Assembly (NCBI GenBank): GCA_963718665.1
Contig: OY970359.1
Coordinates: 399,514 to 463,513, forward strand
Reading direction: 5' to 3'
From: an uncultured Phycisphaerales bacterium
GTDB taxonomy: Bacteria > Planctomycetota > Phycisphaerae > Sedimentisphaerales > Anaerobacaceae
DNA: 64,000 bases
A program made the translations under genes and the position numbers. The notes under the pieces are model-generated. The model made no database searches, was not told where the DNA came from, and saw nothing but the letters and a program-made list of their open reading frames with translations. Of the stretch, positions 59,522 to 64,000 are shown piece by piece. How positions within the stretch are numbered: position 1 is the first letter of the stretch; every line of letters starts with the position of its first letter.

Positions 59522-59618
59522 ATTTTAGCAAATCCATACCAAACATCCTTCGCGGGCATATAAATTTACACATATAACCCATTGTATTCCGCCGAGAAAT
59601 CTGATATTATGACTTGTG
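59522..59618 (+). promoter_or_regulatory. Conserved 97-nt leader, copy 1, containing a sigma70-like promoter (TTGTAT-N17-TATTAT at 59582-59610)
   Basis: 85/97 identical to 60676-60772. Ends 40 nt before the start codon at 59658. Confidence 0.5.
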
Positions 59619-59657
59619 TTAAATAACCCCGCACCCACACACATATGGAGTTGGCTT

Positions 59658-60587
59658 ATGCACAGGCAAAAAACACTTGTTCGGCGTGTCGGGTTTACGC
59701 TTGTTGAACTGCTCGTCGTTATCTCTATTATCGCCCTTCTGATGGCCGTACTGTTGCCCGCCCTTAACAAGGCACGCACACAGGCCAAACGTATCGTTTG
59801 CTTAAGCAACCTCAGGCAGTTGACCCTCGGCTGGACGGCTTATGCCTCGGGCAACAATGATAAACTCGTCAACGGCGCTCCTGAACAACCTTTCGCTGCA
59901 TGCCCGGTCTGTTCAACCGGAGATACTTGCGGAGCTACTGTGCCAACCACTACTTCAGATTCTTATCATGTAAACGAGTTACCATGGATCGGAAGCTATA
60001 ACATCGCAACGACTTCGGATTGCGGCAAGAATTGCGCTATTGATTCCGGCGCACTATGGAGATACATAAATGACTACAAACTTTACCATTGTCCAACAGG
60101 TATGAAAGGCGAAACAATTACATACTCGATTGTCGATGGAGTGAATGGTCGCCCCGATGGAAGAGCATCCGCAACCGTCCCGGCAGGAATATGGAAAAAA
60201 ACTCTCGGTCAGATAAAAAGATCCGCAACGCAGATTGTCTTCGTCGATGAAGGGCGTATCACAGCAGATAGTTTTGCAGTCACTTACGCCTCTGGCGGCT
60301 GGAGCCCTCCGGGGGACTGGTTTGACGGCCCTGATGCCCGGCACGGTAACGGGACGACCGTCTCCTTAGCCGACGGCCACGCCGAATACTGGCAATGGGC
60401 TGCCTTAGAAACAGTCAAACGTGCCCAATTGGTTGAATTGGGAACGGCAACAGGGTACTTCCCAGCGGGCGCAACACCAACACCGCCTGACGGCGCATTT
60501 CAGGACCTGTACAAAATGACGATTGGCTGCTGGGGACAATTAGATCCCAGTATCATTGTCACTGGACATCCGCCCAAAGTTGAGTGA
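59658..60587 (+). CDS. Prepilin-type N-terminal cleavage/methylation domain protein of the H-X9-DG (DUF1559-like) class
   Basis: [25 protein letters not shown] after a short leader. C-terminal [18 protein letters not shown] (H-X9-DG). Confidence 0.85.
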   Translation: MHRQKTLVRRVGFTLVELLVVISIIALLMAVLLPALNKARTQAKRIVCLSNLRQLTLGWTAYASGNNDKLVNGAPEQPFAACPVCSTGDTCGATVPTTTSDSYHVNELPWIGSYNIATTSDCGKNCAIDSGALWRYINDYKLYHCPTGMKGETITYSIVDGVNGRPDGRASATVPAGIWKKTLGQIKRSATQIVFVDEGRITADSFAVTYASGGWSPPGDWFDGPDARHGNGTTVSLADGHAEYWQWAALETVKRAQLVELGTATGYFPAGATPTPPDGAFQDLYKMTIGCWGQLDPSIIVTGHPPKVE

Positions 60588-60675
60588 AAAACCCGGCTTT
60601 TCGGACCTTCTTTTGTGGTGAGCACGCCTGCCCCGGCAGGCACGTCGAATCCACCGGTCTGCCATTTTGACTGTC

Positions 60676-60772
60676 ATTTTGGCAAATCCATATCAGATAT
60701 CCTTCGCGGGCATATAAATTTACATATATAACCCATTGTATTCCGCCTGCAAATATGATATTATAGGTTGTG
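60676..60772 (+). promoter_or_regulatory. Conserved 97-nt leader, copy 2 (TTGTAT-N17-TATTAT at 60736-60764)
   Basis: See 59522-59618. Confidence 0.5.
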
Positions 60773-60821
60773 CTGGTTTTTTGAACATTGGCTGATTTAC
60801 ATTTATTATGAGGATACATTT

Positions 60822-61763
60822 ATGCACAAGCAAAAAACGCTTGCCCGGGGGAGTTTTCCTGCCAAAGGCGGAAACGCAACGGGGTTTACACTTGTTGAAC
60901 TGTTAGTCGTTATCGCTATTATCGCCCTTCTGATGGCCATATTGCTGCCCGCATTGAACAAGGCACGCGAACTGGGCAAACGAGCCGTCTGCCTAAGCAA
61001 CCTCAAGCAGTTGACCCTCGCATGGTTGACTTATACCGAGGCCAACAACGATAAGATGGTTAACGGCGCACCTGTATCGCCAGCTCCGGCAACTCTTGCC
61101 GCTTGCCTGGCTTGTCCGACCGGGGATAATTGCGGGGCTGTTGCGCCAACTCCGACTAACTCCAGTGCCACAGATCCTCACCTTTATGAGCTTCCCTGGA
61201 TTGGAAACGCCTATGGAGCCACTGATGACTGTTGTAAGAAATGCGCGATTACAACCGGCGCATTGTGGAGATATGTGAATGACTTTAAGATTTACCGCTG
61301 CCCGACAGGCAATAAAGGCGAAATGATTACGTACACAGCATTAGATGCCGTAAACGGCCTGCCCAGAACAGATACGCAGTTAGCAGGAGTATGGCTAAAA
61401 AACAGAAATCAGATAAAGAGGACCGCAACTCAACTTGTCTTTGTTGACGAAGGGAAAGTTACACCGGATAGTTACGCAGTCAATTATAACTCGCCGTTGT
61501 GGTTTGACCCACCTCATGTGCGACACAGCGGTGGAGATACTTTCTCCTTCTCAGATAATCACGTTGAAATCTGGAAGTGGAAATCGAAAAAAACGGTTGA
61601 CTTCGCCGCAAGCTGTGAAACAGCTCCGGCGTATAACGTCTTTCCATCCGCAGCGCAACAGGATAATGATACCTGTCAGGACTTATACTTGGTGCAAATA
61701 CGCTGCTGGTCGAAAATCGAGTCTTCGGCCATTGTGGCCGCATACCCGCCCAAAATTGACTGA
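60822..61763 (+). CDS. Paralogous prepilin-type N-terminal methylation domain protein (H-X9-DN variant)
   Basis: [26 protein letters not shown]-terminal [18 protein letters not shown]. Roughly 60% identical by eye to the preceding gene. Confidence 0.85.
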   Translation: MHKQKTLARGSFPAKGGNATGFTLVELLVVIAIIALLMAILLPALNKARELGKRAVCLSNLKQLTLAWLTYTEANNDKMVNGAPVSPAPATLAACLACPTGDNCGAVAPTPTNSSATDPHLYELPWIGNAYGATDDCCKKCAITTGALWRYVNDFKIYRCPTGNKGEMITYTALDAVNGLPRTDTQLAGVWLKNRNQIKRTATQLVFVDEGKVTPDSYAVNYNSPLWFDPPHVRHSGGDTFSFSDNHVEIWKWKSKKTVDFAASCETAPAYNVFPSAAQQDNDTCQDLYLVQIRCWSKIESSAIVAAYPPKID

Positions 61764-61956
61764 AAAACCCGCGTGAATCGGCAAACTTCGGGGACATTTA
61801 CCAGCAGCAGGCCCGGCATGCTCACATAGTATGATTTCATTTCTGAATTTTCTCCAATTATAATCATTTTCCCAATATAAACCGTCAACATTTGGCAACC
61901 GACAGACGCCTCTACTTATACAGTTAAGGTCTTTGTATGTATGGTGGAAGATTTGT

Positions 61957-62053
61957 TTAGCCACTGATTACACAGATTACACTGAAAAAAAATATGCGAC
62001 AGGGAGCGAAGCGACGATCCCGCTTCGGAAAATCAGTGCAATCTGTGGTTAAT
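61957..62053. repeat. Palindromic about 100-nt element of the CCACAGATT word family around a gcgaagcg/cgcttcg hairpin
   Basis: ttagccactgattacacagattacactg ... cagtgcaatctgtggttaa (the arms match about 14/15 as an inverted repeat). Confidence 0.6.
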
Positions 62054-62105
62054 AAAAGCTTTTTGTGTCGAAAAACTTTATACACACTTTTTGGAGGACA
62101 CACTC

Positions 62106-63602
62106 ATGAAAAAGCTCTTTTTGGTATTTGTGGTTATCGCAATCGTCTCATCATCGGTTCAGGCCAAATACTCAGGCGGCTCCGGTGACGCCAACGACCC
62201 ATATCAAATCGGGTCTGCTACAGACCTGTTAACCCTAGCGGGAAGTACAGGCGACTACAATGCAAACTTCATTCTTATAGCGGATATTGACCTCGCCTCC
62301 TATACCTTCACGACAGCCGTAATTGCACCGTATATTTATAATCCTGATGATGGTTACTTTCATGGTGTCCCTTTTATAGGTGTTTTTGACGGCAATGGGC
62401 ATAAAATTACAAACCTGTTCATAAACATTACTAATGATTATGGAGGTGATTACCTCGGCCTGTTCGGATATCTTAACTACGGTGAGATTAAAAATCTCGG
62501 CGTGGGAAATGTTAATATAACTTCTCTGCAAGGTTCATCTATTGGAGGTTTGACAGGGGAAAATTCATGTGGAATTATCATTAACTGTCATTCCTCAGGA
62601 GCCATTAATATTGTATATAATCCGACTGTTTGTCCAGCTCCTACGAGCATTTGTCTTGGCGGGCTAATAGGTTACAACAATTATGGTAAAATAAATAGTT
62701 GTTCTTCTTCAGTAAGTATAAATGGAGGGCATAATACACATTCTCTCGGCGGTTTAGCAGGATATAATTATTATGGCGATATAAATAATTCTTTTGCAAC
62801 TGGCAATGTTACCGGAGTATCTTCTTTTAATTCATTTGGTATGGATTTTGGAGGACTGGTGGGAGGAAATTATAACGGCATAATTAGTCAGTGTTGGGCC
62901 TCAGGAAATGTTAGCGGAGATGCTGAACAAAATGCACGAGGAAATTGTTGTTTTGGCGGTCTGGTAGGTCTCAATTATTATGGGGGTACCATCAGTAACT
63001 GTTACGCGACAGGTAGTGTTAGTGTTACGAGTGGTATCAGGGGTGGTTATATCGGTGGGTTAATTGGGGAGAATGGTGATTATGACAGCAGCGCTACAAA
63101 CTGTTATTCAACTGGTGCTGTAATTGGAAATCCTTATATTGTTTATGGCGGACTTGTTGGAGAAAACTCTATTGGTACTGTTACCGCTTCTTTCTGGGAT
63201 ATGGATACGAGCGGATTAACATTTAGTGACGGCGGCGAAGGTAAAACAACGGCGGAAATGAAAACAGAAAGCACATTTACCGATGCCGGCTGGGACTTTG
63301 TCGGCGAAACCGCAAACGGCACGGAAGATATATGGTGGATAATCGAAAACATCACTTACCCCAAACTTAACTGGCAAAGAATGATTATGCCGCCTGGCCC
63401 GGGCGGTCCCGGCAAACCTAATGATGGCGGCATATATTTCCCGGACTACAATTTTGACGGTATCGTCAATTTTGTCGATTTTGCCATATTCGCCAACGCC
63501 TGGAATACTGAAAATCCTTTCATATCGCTCGACGGCGACAATGACGTTGACATCTACGACCTGAAAATCTTCTGCGATAACTGGCTGACGTATACGAACT
63601 AA
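62106..63602 (+). CDS. Secreted GLUG-motif repeat protein with a C-terminal dockerin-like module
   Basis: ATG at 62106 after GGAGGA. Signal MKKLFLVFVVIAIVSSSVQA. Repeated GGL(I/V/A)G.N.G.I..C...G.V units. C-terminal NFDGIVNFVDFAIFANAW and DGDNDVDIYDLKIFCDNW. Confidence 0.75.
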   Translation: MKKLFLVFVVIAIVSSSVQAKYSGGSGDANDPYQIGSATDLLTLAGSTGDYNANFILIADIDLASYTFTTAVIAPYIYNPDDGYFHGVPFIGVFDGNGHKITNLFINITNDYGGDYLGLFGYLNYGEIKNLGVGNVNITSLQGSSIGGLTGENSCGIIINCHSSGAINIVYNPTVCPAPTSICLGGLIGYNNYGKINSCSSSVSINGGHNTHSLGGLAGYNYYGDINNSFATGNVTGVSSFNSFGMDFGGLVGGNYNGIISQCWASGNVSGDAEQNARGNCCFGGLVGLNYYGGTISNCYATGSVSVTSGIRGGYIGGLIGENGDYDSSATNCYSTGAVIGNPYIVYGGLVGENSIGTVTASFWDMDTSGLTFSDGGEGKTTAEMKTESTFTDAGWDFVGETANGTEDIWWIIENITYPKLNWQRMIMPPGPGGPGKPNDGGIYFPDYNFDGIVNFVDFAIFANAWNTENPFISLDGDNDVDIYDLKIFCDNWLTYTN

Positions 63603-63612
63603 CACTGATTCT

Positions 63613-63669
63613 GTTAGCCACAAAAAGGCACAAAAAGCTTCAAAATTTGTTTTCACCACGAAGAAGCTT
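63613..63669. repeat. Repeat words (gttagccacaaaaaggcacaaaaagc, ttcaccacgaag) with an aagcttc/gaagctt hairpin
   Basis: Same word family as 57.8-58.2 kb. Confidence 0.55.
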
Positions 63670-64000
63670 AAATTTTAATGACCTGGAAACCACGATGTAA
63701 AAGTCGGGGTTTTCTTTTTTATCTACAATAACTCCCGTCTCCTGTCCGCTCTTGGCGAGACCTCGCCTGTCGCTATGCGGCTTGGCGGATGCGTTTTTGG
63801 GGCCATACAAAAGGCCTGGAAATTTCTGCTTGCATACATCCCCCGCTTTGGATAATCTGTGGTTTTTCTTCGCGGCCGTGGTTTCGATAAATCAGGCCCC
63901 GGCAAGGCAGTAAAGACCTTTAACATATTAAAAATGACACTGATGATATTAGAACCCGTCAGACAGGCAAAACCGCCATCTAACGGGTTTAACACGGAGA

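Noticed and set aside
60676-60700. Sigma-54 promoter (TTGGCAAATCC...) upstream of the second pseudopilin gene
   Set aside because: The GC of the -12 element is absent at the required spacing, and the first copy reads TTAGCA, which loses the GG.
63723-63995. 90-aa minus-strand ORF, and a possible plus-strand gene start at 63934 running off the right edge
   Set aside because: The ORF lies in repeat-word-rich sequence with no protein-like features. The plus-strand start has only about 22 codons in the window, too few to support a call.

Overview
This 64 kb window looks like a chromosomal segment from a PVC-type bacterium. A Planctomycetota/Phycisphaerae-like origin is my inference. It rests on two prepilin-type 'H-X9-DG' proteins, dockerin-like C-terminal tags on secreted proteins, many TPR proteins and a type-A RNase P RNA. 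Hand counts of sample lines give about 50-58% GC. About 50 protein genes can be supported, most of them housekeeping: rnr (partial), rpsT, glyA, ribH-nusB, a parA-like gene, pilT, a thyA-family gene, ribE-pdxA-rsmA, rluD, recG, pcm, nadB, ilvBN/ilvC, mtnA and uvrA. There is also tRNA-Thr(UGU) at 7799-7870 and rnpB at 40575-40959. No rRNA, CRISPR array or integrase was seen. Two accessory spots stand out. (1) A RAYT/IS200-like HUH transposase with flanking REP-like hairpins, plus a small AT-rich ORF, is inserted between ilvN and ilvC (42.8-44.7 kb). (2) An AT-rich island at 49.1-53.6 kb holds an HNH-AP2 ORF bracketed by 13-bp direct repeats, an iteron-like repeat block, and a three-gene minus-strand operon. 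That operon encodes a small TM protein and two SEC-C-motif proteins, one with a possible split PIN-like fold. None of the three matches a family I recognise, so this operon is my best candidate for an undescribed toxin/defence-type module. A 38-nt motif (34/38 identical) lies upstream of both AT-rich cassettes. Short intergenic repeat 'words' recur across the window, and two of them occur in-frame inside mtnA at lineage-specific insertions. At least five genes show single frame breaks, three of them (parA-like, nifU-like, protein B) directly at short homopolymers and a fourth (DegT-like) with a C5 run inside the break region, so assembly indels are the most economical explanation and pseudogene calls are tentative. 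All calls come from reading the ORF track and the sequence by eye. No database search, RNA folding or GC computation was run.
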